This document shows, piece after piece, positions 9,305-21,200 of a stretch of DNA of 56,422 nt. The DNA lies in NCBI GenBank assembly GCA_048939245.1, contig JBHLPR010000006.1:12504-68925 (forward strand). Direction: 5' to 3'. This DNA is from Promethearchaeota archaeon. GTDB taxonomy: Archaea; Asgardarchaeota; Hermodarchaeia; Hermodarchaeales; Hermodarchaeaceae. How positions within the stretch are numbered: the stretch's first letter is position 1; every line of letters starts with the position of its first letter. The notes beneath the pieces were generated by a model, which saw nothing but the letters and a program-made list of their open reading frames with translations, searched no databases and was not told the DNA's origin. Made by a program: the position numbers and the translations under genes.

Positions 9305-12300
9305 TTACTTTTCTTCATTGGCTGACATTTTCAGTGACCGGTAAGTCGCCAGTCGTTCCTCTTTACTCAAATACTGCAGATGGTCTACCAAAGCATCCTT
9401 CTCTTCTTGTGACAAGCCTGGAATCTTGCTCAACTCACGCCGGATTTCCGCAATCACCTTTGTAGGAATGGCAGGAGTAGGTTGAATATCCGGTGGCAAT
9501 ACAGTCGGAGCGGTCCGATCCTCCGTCAACGCCTTCGACGGTGGCGGCTCCTTTGGTTTCACATCCTCAAGAGGTGGTTCTTCAGGCTCAATCGGAGTGA
9601 CTTTAGGAGCTTCAGGCTCTGTAGTTGGTTCTACTTCAGGCTTTGGTGGTCTTTCTCGTTGAGTGAGGAAGTCCATACGACGCTGACCCATCTGGCGACG
9701 CAAGTCATCGAGGAACCAAATTCGATCCTTCCGTGGAATCTTTCGCATCTCATCTGCCAGGACAGCTTTTTCTTCTGGTCCTAGCCCAGGAATCTTATCC
9801 AATTCACCCATGATATCTTCTTCAGTCGCCGTGACCTCTTCGACTACCTCCACCTTTGGAATCATCGCAGGAGTCACGCCTACACCAATTGGTGTCATTG
9901 CTGAATCGACTTTACTCTCTAAAATCATTCCACGCTCATGGAAGTGTTTCAAATCCTTTCTACCAAGTTTGTAGGTCTCATCCTTTTCAACGGTCTTGGC
10001 AAGTTTCCGCATTCGACGAACTTCCCAAGGAATTGATAGAACACGTGCCCAAAGAATCCAACTCATTAGAAGAACTATTAGTACAATCGCTGCACCGGCT
10101 CCACCATAGACCGCAAAGAGAACTGTGGGATGCGGTTCAAAGGTCATCACCCAATCGGTCAAAGAGGCTGATTCATGAGTAAGCGGTTGAGTCTTTTCTG
10201 CAGTTACTGTCAGTGCCATAGAAGTAGGTCCAAGTGAGAATTGGCTCCACACACCTTGAATCTCATAAAAACCATCTCCTAATGCTATAATTTCGAAACC
10301 TGAAGCATCCAACGTTTGAGGAAGACTTAGGGTTGCTCCATCAATAGGTTCATTGTGCCATGTATCATTTAGATAAAGGCGAATTGAGATTATTGAACCT
10401 ATAAAGAAATTAGCTGATCGGGTTATTGGAGGTGGATTTCCATCAATAGATACTACTGTAAGTTCTGTAGGGATGCTGATGACTTCAAAGTTCGTTGTAT
10501 AGGCTTTGCTTTCATAGTTTGTCTTAGAAATTGTGACGCGAAGCGAGTGGGTTCCTCGACCAAAGAGACTTGCGTTGAGCATGGCTACATATAATCCTCT
10601 GTTGATATCGAAGTGGAACGCCCCTGGAACTGATACATCGCCAACAATAACGAGACCTTCACCGTCCGGAATGGGGATACCCTCTGCATCAGTGTAATTG
10701 AGGTAGATGAAAAGCCAATCGCCAACAGGCACTTGAAGAATATTGATTGTGTTGTTCCATTCATCTCGAACTGATACAATTCCCGTCCGGTCGACGGGGT
10801 TAGTTTGACGTGGTACAATTTGAATAGTCATTATGGTTCGAGGACAGTCAAATGACCCTGGACCATTGAAGTCTAAATATAATTCGTATGTAAATCCAGC
10901 TGCGAGTGTTGCAGGAAATGTGAAATTATAATACCCGCCAGTCCAATTATAAAGTGATGCACTTCCACCTGAAAGTGGGCTCCACGTGGCTGTGATATTT
11001 TGGTTAAGTATTGGCAGATTGTTTTCTGTATCGTTAAGATATATCGTTATTGTAAAGTCTTCGAAATATTCCACTGAAATAAAATAGGTACCTCCTGATG
11101 GTTCCATTTTCGCTGGAGTAAACCGGACATCCATTTGGAATTGCAGCCTTTGGGATTGAACGTTTCGGGTGGCAGTATCAGCAACGACTTCCATTGAATA
11201 AATTAGTTTGCCATAAGTTGATGAATCAAACGCCTTTCCATAAATTCCGGGGGAGATCTCTGGAAGAACATCAGAGCCAATTTCAGTGAATGCGCTGCTG
11301 TAAGTTACAATTGCACCTGTGATATTATCACCAGAAAGTGTTCTAAACCAGACCCCTATGAAATATGGTTGATTAGCATAGAGAGTGAAAGATGTACCTT
11401 CATCTACACCTGGTTCTGGACCACAAAGATAAGTATCCAGTTGACTTGGACCTGCAGTGATCGTATAAGAAATTATACGGGAATCCTCAGCAAAATATCC
11501 CGCTTTCGAAGCAATAATCTCAATGAAGTATGCCCCTTTATCATAGAGAGAACTTATTTCAATCCAATAGGTGCCATTTAGTGCATTCGCGAAGACAAGT
11601 GTTCCATGGTCCCATGTACCAATGACAGTTGCGTCAGTTACAGGATCATTAACATCAGATCCAGCACCGATTGTTAAGTTGATGATTACAATTGGAAATG
11701 GGGTTTCTCCAAAGTATCTCGTGATAACTCCCAAGGTTAAGAGGTCAATCTCTAGGGGGACTTTAAAGATATAAATGGGAATCGAAATATTCTGGAATGT
11801 ATAGAAGTTCTGATGCGCATAAATCCAAATATCAAATTCAGTTCCTGCTGGTAAACCCGAGGTAGCAACGATAAATTCCCACCAACCTCCTCCCAGAGAC
11901 CGATTACTTAGAGTGGTTCCCCCTGTAATAATGTAGTCGATTGGTGGATTATTAAAAACGGCCGAGTCATTATCAAGATTCCAATAACGAACCGTGATAT
12001 TCAAGTCATCACCAGAATACAGTGAACCAGGATCTTTGAAAGCTAGCAGTGTAGTTATGTTCCGGACAGTTCGTGCTACGGGTTCATTGTATTGAGATTC
12101 TAAGAAAGGACTTAATCCTTCAGGATATGTCACATTGACAAAAAATGTATAAGAGCCTATTCCTAAGAGTCGAGTGGAATCGACCCAGATCCGGTATAGA
12201 CCATTACCTTCAAATGTATAATTCCAATCTGTTCCTTGGAGGCCAAAGCCGTGCAGCTCATCACAAAGGAGTGAAATATCAATATCTGGATAATCTGTTT

Positions 12301-15300
12301 GGTTGATGGGATCGCCCTGTTCTGTGATGAATTCGAATTCGATAATGATGTTGGTGTCATACGGAGTTGCGCCAGCACTTTGCTGCATGATAATATCGGT
12401 GCGTTGCCCATAAACATAGGCACGAAATTCGAATTCCCTCGCTACAAAATACGGCGCGGTTCCAGGTTGCCAAGTCACTTCAACTTTGAAATCAAAAGAA
12501 CCAACTCTATCGAAGTAGTCAGCATCGATTCGGAGTTGGAACGCATCAACTCCAGCGATAGTCACGACATACCACGCTGCGTTGTCAATTAGAACTGGTA
12601 TTGCAGGGGTTGTGTTATAGACCGAAATAAGGAGAAGCCCTCCTCCATAAGAGGTATTAAGTATCCATTCGGTCCGCAGTTGATCAGAATAGGTAAAGTT
12701 GACACGAATTTCTTCAAGGTAACCAAATTCTCCACCTATTGTGTTTTGAATAGTTGTTGGACGGTTTGTAATGAAGAGAGTTACCTGTCGGGTTTGAACA
12801 GCATAGGGTGGTGGAGATTGCGTCCAGTCAGTGTATATGTTGGCGAGATAAGATCCTGGTGCTCCAATATTAGTTGAGTTGATGACTATGTTATAGATTC
12901 CATTACCAAATGGAATTACATCAAATAGTCCTGGGTATTCAACGAGTTCAATGATTGAAGCTTGTCCATCAATTCCCCATCCATTCAAAGAGCTGTCTGG
13001 GTCATTGACTGTATAAGTGATCTGAATTGTGAAGTTATCAAGGTAGGCTTGAGCGTCTACTGGTGCTACGGCTAAAGCTGTGAATACCGTACGAACATTG
13101 AAGGTTAGTTCGGGAATGGTGTCAGGTTCATAGCCTGCACCGGACCCAGAAATGCTGATCATAATCTTATATGCTTGGATATTTGTGACTTCCGAGGCAT
13201 CGATAGTTACTCGATATACTGAGAATGCACTAACCCATTCCCAAGTAACAGATGTTGGATTGAAACCATCTAATCCGGTGACAATGATACTTTCTGAACC
13301 TGTATGAATAGGATCTCCGTATTGCGAACTTTCACCATCGAGTACAATGTATTCGATTTCAATAATGACATCGTTTCCAAATGGTGTGACTGGAACATCA
13401 GTTGGATGCAACCAAGTGAACAATGCTCGAACTTTGAGGGGAACATCATCGAGTTGTCCGATATCATATTGCGCTCCTCCGTTAATGGTGATATCGAATA
13501 GGTATTCATCTACAAAGGTCAGATGCGAACTATAGAAGGTGATGTTGTATTTTCCATTCTGCCAATAAACAAAACCATAGTCAACACCAAGAGTTAGGGT
13601 GTCGATTGAAATGCTTGCACCGGAAATGGGATTCGTTATTGGGTTCGTTGTTATTGGGTCAGTATCGTCAACGAGAAACCTAACAATCAGCTTTCCATCC
13701 TCGCCCCATGGGACAACAGGTGGGCTTTGGTATGTGAAACTCGTTGCCAGGGGACGTGTTGTTAGCTGGGTGGTCACAAAACCATTACCATATTCAACCG
13801 AGGTTTCTACATTGAAGGTTAATACATAGGTTCCAAGTGCCCAACTTGAGACATCTAAGATTATTACATAGATACCATCACCTGCGGTGCCATTGTTAAC
13901 CCAAGTAGCCCAGTTAGCACTATTCAAAGTAAGAGTAGATGGACCACCTGTAATTATGATGGAAACAATGTGGTTTTCTGGAAGCCCCATGGAAGGAAGA
14001 AGGTCGCTGTCATTCACTCGGAACGTAATGGGAACATCATACCCAAATGGGACACGAGGAATAGGATCTATATCTGCTGTGATCGAGTGGACTCTAATGA
14101 TGATGTTCACTTGGCCCCAACCAGTATCGTAGGGTTCGGTAATCAAAGGGTAGACAGTACAATTCAACTGAAATGTACCTGTATCCCAGCCAGTTGCATC
14201 GATGTAAAACGATAATGAAGTAGTGTTAGTATATGGTAGACTTGGGTGGCTTGGGGGACCTGATATATATGTGACTTCAACATGATCTAAGATGCTTGTC
14301 CCGATCGATAATCCTGTGTCAAGGTCTGTCCATGAAATGCTAATAAAAATCTGGCCATCTTCAGGGACTGGAGGAGGACCTGTAACAAGCACATAGACCC
14401 GATGGGCTCGGATTACTAATCCATTATTTAAGCTTCCAGTCGAGTGCTCGTAGATTTGAGTGGGTGTGGTTTTTGCATATACAGTTACGGTAATAGAATA
14501 AGTTCCAATGGTCAATCCTGAAGTATCCAAAGTGAAAGTCCAGCTTGAAAGAGGACCGAAAACGACATCACTAATGGCACCTGTAATGGTAATATTCTCA
14601 ACCTCAGTGTAAGCTATTTGACCACCTGCAGTGAGATCAGACCATTGAATGGTAATATCTGTTGTGTAACCAACAGGTGTAGCTTCCGGAGGGAGAACAG
14701 TAACTGCGGTTTGGTGGATAAGAATCGTGATACGGAGGGTTCCGCTGCTTCCAAGATATTGATTGGAGTTTGGCACCGTTGTTACAATAATCTCATATGA
14801 CCCTGGATTCCACGCACTAGTGTCGAGAGTGAATGAAAGGGACAGTTCGTTGGGTAACCCCGTGCTGTTGATGAATTCGAGGGTTAGCTGACTAAGTTGC
14901 GTATCGGTGAGATCTGTTGCGGTGTCAAGATCCCGCCAGGTGATTGTCACCGATGTCTGTTGGCCATAGGGTGTAGGATCAGGTTGGTCAACAATGGTTT
15001 GAGTCTGATGGCCTCGTATAGAGAATGTGAGTATTCGACTTGCCTCTTGATAACTATCAGTCGGATCATTAATGGTAATATCGAGCCAATACACTTGAAC
15101 CTGGGAGATAACTGATGAATAAATAGTGATTTCATATGCTCCCCCTCCCAAGGATGTCCATCCAAAACCCGCATATGGAACACCACCCAATTCACAGCTG
15201 ACATCCACTTTGCTAATTCCTGTAATTCCACCCGAGAGCGGGGGATCATCGATTACATATCTGACAGTAATCACCATATCATTGCCCCAAGGCTCAGCAC

Positions 15301-18073
15301 TTGGAGGATCGTAGTCGATTGTGGTGCCTGTTTCCCGAATAGATACGATGACATCTACTGTACGATTCCCATAATAGGGTGCATTATGGCTAGAAATGCT
15401 ATACCACGAAAAGTTAACAGTAAAGGTATGTTGTCCAACACCGAGGGAAAGGGTGTCGATACTTATATCCCATACTCCTGGAGAACCACTGTAACTGATA
15501 CTTGCATCCGGGGCTACCCATTGAGTTGCCCCTAACCAGACAGACAGGTGAAGTCGGCTTGTACTATTATCAGGTGGTGAACCTCCATCTAAATCAGAAA
15601 GTGTGATGCTGAAGTCAGCGGAAATGCCACTTGGAACAGAACTTGGCGTAGTGGAGGTTAAGAGAGTATTTCGTCCTCTAACAATGATAGTAAAATCAAG
15701 AGTTTGTGATGCATAGTAATCCGATGGATCCGTGACACTCACAGTTAATGTATAAGTTCCTGGTATCCGCCCATCAGCATCAGAATCAGCCTGAATGTTA
15801 TACCACCCAGCTGAGCCACCTGCAGTAATTGAGGTTCCTGACCACCCTGGGGTCGAAAACCAGCCTGCTGCACCAGAAATCCCTACTTCTGCATTATCCT
15901 CGAAGAAGACTTGTAGTGTGAAGGTTTCTTGGTAATAAGCGGTATAACCTGGTGTCGGGGATGAGAGTGTAGTATCACTACGTACTTCTAACCAAATAGT
16001 TGTTTGAGCGGAATCATAAATTGGATCATTGGCGGTCACTACAAAGGCGTGGTCACCAGGGGAAATATAATCGTCTGGGACTTTACCTTGATATAAACTA
16101 CCAGATTGACGGAAAATGATTACAGGATAACCACTCACCAGTCCTGTAATTGTAGTTTGTGAGGTATTAGTTATAAACGGGCTGCCAGTGGTCTCAATAT
16201 CGTTGTATGAGACTCGAGGATATACGAATCCTCCTTCAGCATAATCTACGCTAATTGGGGTTGTTTCAGGTGAAAGACTTGAATCGTGTTCAATATTGAA
16301 GGTAGCATGATAGAATCCAGCATGGGATCCGGTTGGTCCATTATCATAAGAAATGCAGAGGTCATAGGTTCCTGCAGGAAAGAGGTCTCCGTCAGTGAAG
16401 GTATACGTTAGGATTTTCGTGGTACTTGAAATCGTTTCTATGACATCATCAATCTCCTGGTGGTTCTCATCATAGATGGTGAGATTGACATTTCCCGAGG
16501 TTACGCTATCAAAGTTTACAGTAACTGATAGTTGGTTTGGAGTTCGTGGGCTGATCCGGTATATGCTTTGCAATCCAGATACTGACGATATCTGGTTTGT
16601 TGAGGTAAAAGCGAAATTCCACCAACCAAAGGCGTCAATCAGGGAAGCCGGAAGACGCCAATAGATGCTATCGCTTGCTAACAGGACATCATCCGTCTTA
16701 TTGACCAAGTTAGGATCAAAGACACTGCTAAGTGTCCAAATGTCCCCAGCAAGTTTGGCTATTGTGAAATTATAATTCTCATAATATATAGGATAGAAGT
16801 CCGCAAAAAACCAAGATGTCCAGTAGACCTGTTCTCCATGTGTAACAGAAAATGCGGAACCTTCAGGACCCGTTTGTGCTTCTGTTTGACCACTTCGTTG
16901 AATTTTCAAAGTAATGGTGTAATTGAAATCCACGTTTCGACTTAATGCAGCTGCAGTGGACCAGATTGCGGCGATATTGTGGTCAGCAGCATAAGGTCCC
17001 CACGATCCTGATAGACTAATCGTTCCTAGACCATAATTGGTGTCAGTCCAGGAACTGGTACTATTCAAACGCAGTTGTATGCCATTACTAATTGGACTCG
17101 GTTTTCCTCTCACCACGAGTTTGACATTATCGAATTCCATATAGAAGGCGTTGTTAATCCTCCAATCGAAGTCCACCGTCATTCCAATTGTAACATTGAT
17201 TGTGTCAGATGTCCAGTCATCGAGTTCATCGACTGATAGAGAAAATTCGATTGGATGGAATCCCCACCCACCTCGATAGGCATTAAGGGCGTAACGATGG
17301 CAGACAAAAACACGTTCAGCACCACCAACTTCTGCGTAAACAGCCATTTCGTCATCGTCGTCTCTTCCGTGGATACCATCATCATAGAATTGAACATCAA
17401 AGGATAGTGTAGCACTTGTGGCGTCTATTCGGTTGAGGTCGATAACTTGTGTCCAACCGACATATTCAATGTAGGTTGCATTAGATACCCAATCATAATA
17501 TGGGTTCGTGCAGTTCGCTAAAACAGCCACTCCATCGCCAGTTTCTCCCCACGATGCTCCATAGTACCAATCAATACCCGCCAGACCATAGCCAGACATT
17601 CCGCGTTTACTTTCAACCCAATAGGTTGGTGAAGTTGTTCCACTTTCAAAATTCCCGTTTCGAGTATTACCTTCAATATGTGAAATGTTATCAAACAGGT
17701 TGAACACATTCGCAGTCAGTTCGTATCCCGTCCAACCTTGTGGAAGCTGAATTTGTCCCAAACGTGTTTCACCAAAATCAAGATCCGAAACAAAGAGCGT
17801 ACTAGTAGTTCCGGATGAATATTCTTGCGTTGTGAGAACTTGTCCTAATCCTTCATACAGATATTCAGTCCCATCCCAACTTGGACCTTCAGGTGGTGGT
17901 GTTAACGGAGATGAGGGTAAATTTGTATTTGGATTATCGTTTCCGCTAGCCTTGATATTGGGAGCTGTTCCAATTATCGGAGTAATAAGGCTGAGCGTTG
18001 AAAATAGAAAGAGCGTGAGAAATGTCAAACAGACTAGAGTTCGACGATTCATACATATCGACCTCGAGGACAC
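9305..18073 (-). CDS. Giant single-pass surface protein A (2922 aa): signal peptide, jelly-roll-like tip, Ig-like stalk, TM helix, conserved cytoplasmic tail. Start may be ATG at ~18052.
   Basis: Uninterrupted 8.8-kb ORF. Hydrophobic N-terminus; NGNFESG...EFDNVKL; ~100-aa repeats rich in Thr/Ser/Val/Tyr; TM segment AVYGGAGAAIVLIVLLMSWILW; many N-x-S/T sequons. Confidence 0.9.
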   Translation of the reverse strand: MSSRSICMNRRTLVCLTFLTLFLFSTLSLITPIIGTAPNIKASGNDNPNTNLPSSPLTPPPEGPSWDGTEYLYEGLGQVLTTQEYSSGTTSTLFVSDLDFGETRLGQIQLPQGWTGYELTANVFNLFDNISHIEGNTRNGNFESGTTSPTYWVESKRGMSGYGLAGIDWYYGASWGETGDGVAVLANCTNPYYDWVSNATYIEYVGWTQVIDLNRIDATSATLSFDVQFYDDGIHGRDDDDEMAVYAEVGGAERVFVCHRYALNAYRGGWGFHPIEFSLSVDELDDWTSDTINVTIGMTVDFDWRINNAFYMEFDNVKLVVRGKPSPISNGIQLRLNSTSSWTDTNYGLGTISLSGSWGPYAADHNIAAIWSTAAALSRNVDFNYTITLKIQRSGQTEAQTGPEGSAFSVTHGEQVYWTSWFFADFYPIYYENYNFTIAKLAGDIWTLSSVFDPNLVNKTDDVLLASDSIYWRLPASLIDAFGWWNFAFTSTNQISSVSGLQSIYRISPRTPNQLSVTVNFDSVTSGNVNLTIYDENHQEIDDVIETISSTTKILTYTFTDGDLFPAGTYDLCISYDNGPTGSHAGFYHATFNIEHDSSLSPETTPISVDYAEGGFVYPRVSYNDIETTGSPFITNTSQTTITGLVSGYPVIIFRQSGSLYQGKVPDDYISPGDHAFVVTANDPIYDSAQTTIWLEVRSDTTLSSPTPGYTAYYQETFTLQVFFEDNAEVGISGAAGWFSTPGWSGTSITAGGSAGWYNIQADSDADGRIPGTYTLTVSVTDPSDYYASQTLDFTIIVRGRNTLLTSTTPSSVPSGISADFSITLSDLDGGSPPDNSTSRLHLSVWLGATQWVAPDASISYSGSPGVWDISIDTLSLGVGQHTFTVNFSWYSISSHNAPYYGNRTVDVIVSIRETGTTIDYDPPSAEPWGNDMVITVRYVIDDPPLSGGITGISKVDVSCELGGVPYAGFGWTSLGGGAYEITIYSSVISQVQVYWLDITINDPTDSYQEASRILTFSIRGHQTQTIVDQPDPTPYGQQTSVTITWRDLDTATDLTDTQLSQLTLEFINSTGLPNELSLSFTLDTSAWNPGSYEIIVTTVPNSNQYLGSSGTLRITILIHQTAVTVLPPEATPVGYTTDITIQWSDLTAGGQIAYTEVENITITGAISDVVFGPLSSWTFTLDTSGLTIGTYSITVTVYAKTTPTQIYEHSTGSLNNGLVIRAHRVYVLVTGPPPVPEDGQIFISISWTDLDTGLSIGTSILDHVEVTYISGPPSHPSLPYTNTTSLSFYIDATGWDTGTFQLNCTVYPLITEPYDTGWGQVNIIIRVHSITADIDPIPRVPFGYDVPITFRVNDSDLLPSMGLPENHIVSIIITGGPSTLTLNSANWATWVNNGTAGDGIYVIILDVSSWALGTYVLTFNVETSVEYGNGFVTTQLTTRPLATSFTYQSPPVVPWGEDGKLIVRFLVDDTDPITTNPITNPISGASISIDTLTLGVDYGFVYWQNGKYNITFYSSHLTFVDEYLFDITINGGAQYDIGQLDDVPLKVRALFTWLHPTDVPVTPFGNDVIIEIEYIVLDGESSQYGDPIHTGSESIIVTGLDGFNPTSVTWEWVSAFSVYRVTIDASEVTNIQAYKIMISISGSGAGYEPDTIPELTFNVRTVFTALAVAPVDAQAYLDNFTIQITYTVNDPDSSLNGWGIDGQASIIELVEYPGLFDVIPFGNGIYNIVINSTNIGAPGSYLANIYTDWTQSPPPYAVQTRQVTLFITNRPTTIQNTIGGEFGYLEEIRVNFTYSDQLRTEWILNTSYGGGLLLISVYNTTPAIPVLIDNAAWYVVTIAGVDAFQLRIDADYFDRVGSFDFKVEVTWQPGTAPYFVAREFEFRAYVYGQRTDIIMQQSAGATPYDTNIIIEFEFITEQGDPINQTDYPDIDISLLCDELHGFGLQGTDWNYTFEGNGLYRIWVDSTRLLGIGSYTFFVNVTYPEGLSPFLESQYNEPVARTVRNITTLLAFKDPGSLYSGDDLNITVRYWNLDNDSAVFNNPPIDYIITGGTTLSNRSLGGGWWEFIVATSGLPAGTEFDIWIYAHQNFYTFQNISIPIYIFKVPLEIDLLTLGVITRYFGETPFPIVIINLTIGAGSDVNDPVTDATVIGTWDHGTLVFANALNGTYWIEISSLYDKGAYFIEIIASKAGYFAEDSRIISYTITAGPSQLDTYLCGPEPGVDEGTSFTLYANQPYFIGVWFRTLSGDNITGAIVTYSSAFTEIGSDVLPEISPGIYGKAFDSSTYGKLIYSMEVVADTATRNVQSQRLQFQMDVRFTPAKMEPSGGTYFISVEYFEDFTITIYLNDTENNLPILNQNITATWSPLSGGSASLYNWTGGYYNFTFPATLAAGFTYELYLDFNGPGSFDCPRTIMTIQIVPRQTNPVDRTGIVSVRDEWNNTINILQVPVGDWLFIYLNYTDAEGIPIPDGEGLVIVGDVSVPGAFHFDINRGLYVAMLNASLFGRGTHSLRVTISKTNYESKAYTTNFEVISIPTELTVVSIDGNPPPITRSANFFIGSIISIRLYLNDTWHNEPIDGATLSLPQTLDASGFEIIALGDGFYEIQGVWSQFSLGPTSMALTVTAEKTQPLTHESASLTDWVMTFEPHPTVLFAVYGGAGAAIVLIVLLMSWILWARVLSIPWEVRRMRKLAKTVEKDETYKLGRKDLKHFHERGMILESKVDSAMTPIGVGVTPAMIPKVEVVEEVTATEEDIMGELDKIPGLGPEEKAVLADEMRKIPRKDRIWFLDDLRRQMGQRRMDFLTQRERPPKPEVEPTTEPEAPKVTPIEPEEPPLEDVKPKEPPPSKALTEDRTAPTVLPPDIQPTPAIPTKVIAEIRRELSKIPGLSQEEKDALVDHLQYLSKEERLATYRSLKMSANEEK

Positions 18074-18285
18074 GGTTCAAGCACGTAAATATGATCTAAG
18101 GGCAGTACGTGGCTTTTGTGCATTGATCACATGCCACCCTTCACCCAAAGGTTCCTCTGGAAATGGTGCTAAACCGCTACAGAAACGCCTCAGTGGCGCT
18201 TTAAAAACATTTAGCTGTAGCATTATCTATACAATAAGGCAAATAAAGAACCGCAACGCTCTACCGGCTCACAGGATGCTACGTT

Positions 18286-21200
18286 CTACTCTTCGGTCGT
18301 TTGCCGTAAGGATCGGTAAGTGGCTTCCCGTTCTTCTTTGGTCAAATGTTTAAGGTGGTCAACCAAAGACACCTTGTCCTCTTTGGTCAGCCCAGGAATC
18401 TTGTCCAGTTCGCGGCGAATCTCTTCCACTACTTCAGGTCGTTCGGAGGGTATTGGCTGCAAATCCGGCGGCAGCACAGTGGGCGCCGTCCGGTCTTCGG
18501 TAAACACCTTCGAGTCTGGGGGCTCAACCGGCTCCACGTCCTCTAAGGGCGGAAGGTCTGGTTTAGGCGGCTTCGGTGCTTTTTTCGGTGGTACCTCCTT
18601 TCGTGGAGTGAGCTTCTTCGGTGGCGGCACTTTCTCCGGTGGGGGCAACTTCGGTGGTGGTGCTTCTTTCGGTGGTGCCGCAGCGGGCTCCCGTTTGGTG
18701 AGGAAGTCCATCCGCTTTTCACCCATCTGCCGTTTCAAGTCATCCAGGAACCACACCTGGTCCTTCATGGGAATCTTCCGCATCTCCGCTGCTAGGACCG
18801 CTTTTTCTTCAGGTCCTAGTCCAGGAATCTTGTCCAGCTCCGAGATAATATCTTCTTGAGTTGCGGTGACTTCCTCAGTTATCGTGACAACCGGCACCAT
18901 CGCAGGCGTCATGGTCACCCCAATGGTCGACATCGCTGAATCAACCTTGCTCTCCAGAACTGCATCTCGTACATGGAACCGTTTCCTATCCTTCCGTCCA
19001 AGCGAATAGGTTTGATCCTTCTCAATGGACTTAGCAAATTTCCGAAGCCTGCGCACTTCCCAGGGAATCGATAATACGCGAGCCCAGAGGGTCCAGAGAA
19101 TCAAGACAAAGGTGAGGAAAATGGCTGCCCCAATTCCACTGATGATAAGCATGTTGGTTAACTCAGTGAATTGAAGTGAGAAGAATTGTGCTAATTCTGC
19201 ATCGTCATAGTCAGTTTTTGTTACTGTAAAAGTAATTATTCCTTGGGCGGGCCACGAGCCAGAGACTTCGATTTCATAATAGCCAGGATTATTCTCATCC
19301 GGACCCAAATACCTTACAACAGAATTTTCGATGACGCCGTCGAGTTGAAAGTCTGCTCCGCTAATTGCGCATTGATGATATTGATCCCAATATACTACAG
19401 AGAGTATTATCGGTTCACCAACGTAATAGATGTCATTCAAAGGCAACTGGTTAGGATCTGCCCAACGCAAAGTTGTCGGTGTCTGAATGACATTCAATTG
19501 TAACGTGAATGACCGGCTCACGAAATACGATTCAATATCATAAAAGTTCACCGTCAGGGCACTCTGGTAGTATGCGTCAAGATTCACTTCTACAAACCAC
19601 AATCCAGAGCTGTAATTTAGATCATATACACTAGCCGCACTAAACCGGGCGATAACGAAATCTGAAGGTGTGAGTACCATATCATTCTTGTCAAGAAATT
19701 GAAAAACTAGGAATAGAGTGTCATATCTCGGAATCTCCCACAATGCATCATCGGGATTCAAGGAGACATTTTTGAACTCGCCATCGATTATTCTCCATGT
19801 CCAACCATCAATGAATTGAAGGGTTGTGTTACGTGAATTTAGTTTAAATGTTAGAAGGTGTTCGATTCGAGCGTATTTTTGTTGAATTTCATGGATTATT
19901 TTGAAGGCATAAGAACCGGGACGATCGTCAGCTGTGAAGTTCACGGTATACCAACCACGACCATGTGTGGCATTGTAAGTTAACGTGTATTCATGGAGTC
20001 CCCATGTGCAATTCATTGTAGCTCCTAATATTCCTGAACCGTTCAAACTGTCCTGCAAGAAGATATCAAAAGTTACTATATCGCCATAATCTGTTTCAAT
20101 AGTGTTAGTGGTTGTATTTACGAAATCCGAATCAAATGTTATAATTACAAGAGGTTTGTGAATGAGATTGATAATAATCAACTGATTGCCTTGTTCATAA
20201 TTTGCTGAAATTGCTGTAACAAGAATTTGATAAGGCCGAACCTCCCAATCTGCCGTTTCAAGCGAAACGATATAATAAGGGTCAACCCAACTGAAGTTAG
20301 CAATTCTTGTGCCACCTTCAATTGCATAGACATCTGCACCAGGAATGGGAACACCACTTGAAGTAAAGCTGATGTTGAGTTGGATATTTGATTCTACAGT
20401 TTTTGTAATCTCAGCATAACTTCCGGGTGGAACATTCATCTCTGTAGCTACTTGATTGATGGTCAAAGTGTATACAAGGATTGGCTGAGTGTAGTTGAGT
20501 CCCCATTCGACTCTAAGAATCAATTGCCAGGTTCCTGCACCTGCATCAATCGAATGGAGTGTTGTATTGTAATGCCCGTCGCCGATTTGGTTTAGCAATC
20601 CTAAAGATCCTTCCCAATTGAATGTGATATTTGCCCATCGGATTGGCTCTCCACCAGGAAGAGCACTTTCCAAATAAACAATAATCTCTATGTCATCGAG
20701 ATAATTGCATTCCCACACCAAACCTACAGGTTGTATTCTGTTCAAGTTCAAGGGGTGTGATTTGACTTGGACAGATATCGCTCGGCTTGCTTCAATGTAG
20801 TTTGGTCTATTTGCTGTTAAAGTGAAGGTGAATTGACCGGCAGGTGCTGATGAGGTATTGATAAGTAGGATCATGCTTCCTAGTTTGCCAGTACTGTTAG
20901 TATATTCCAAGTTCGGATTCAGATCCCAGATGACACCGGTTACATTTTCATCGTTGTAGGTGTCTACATACCAGACTGTGATATTGAGTAATTCACCATA
21001 GTAGAGATCTTCATTTTGCTCCCATTCTAAGAAAGTAATGATTTCCTGCACTTGTCCCGCCACGAAAAGTGTCGTGGATTCAAAGAAATCCTCGTTACCG
21101 GGTTCAAGCTCGGGAGGCCATGTGAAATTGATGGCGAAAACATATGACCCAAACCCAGGAAGCTTTGAGCCGTTAATAAGAATTCGGTAAATACCACCGG

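Noticed and set aside
17832-18859. Plus-strand ORFs of 173 and 179 aa across the A/B junction
   Set aside because: They are antisense to real genes; the Gly-rich content mirrors the Pro-rich linker.
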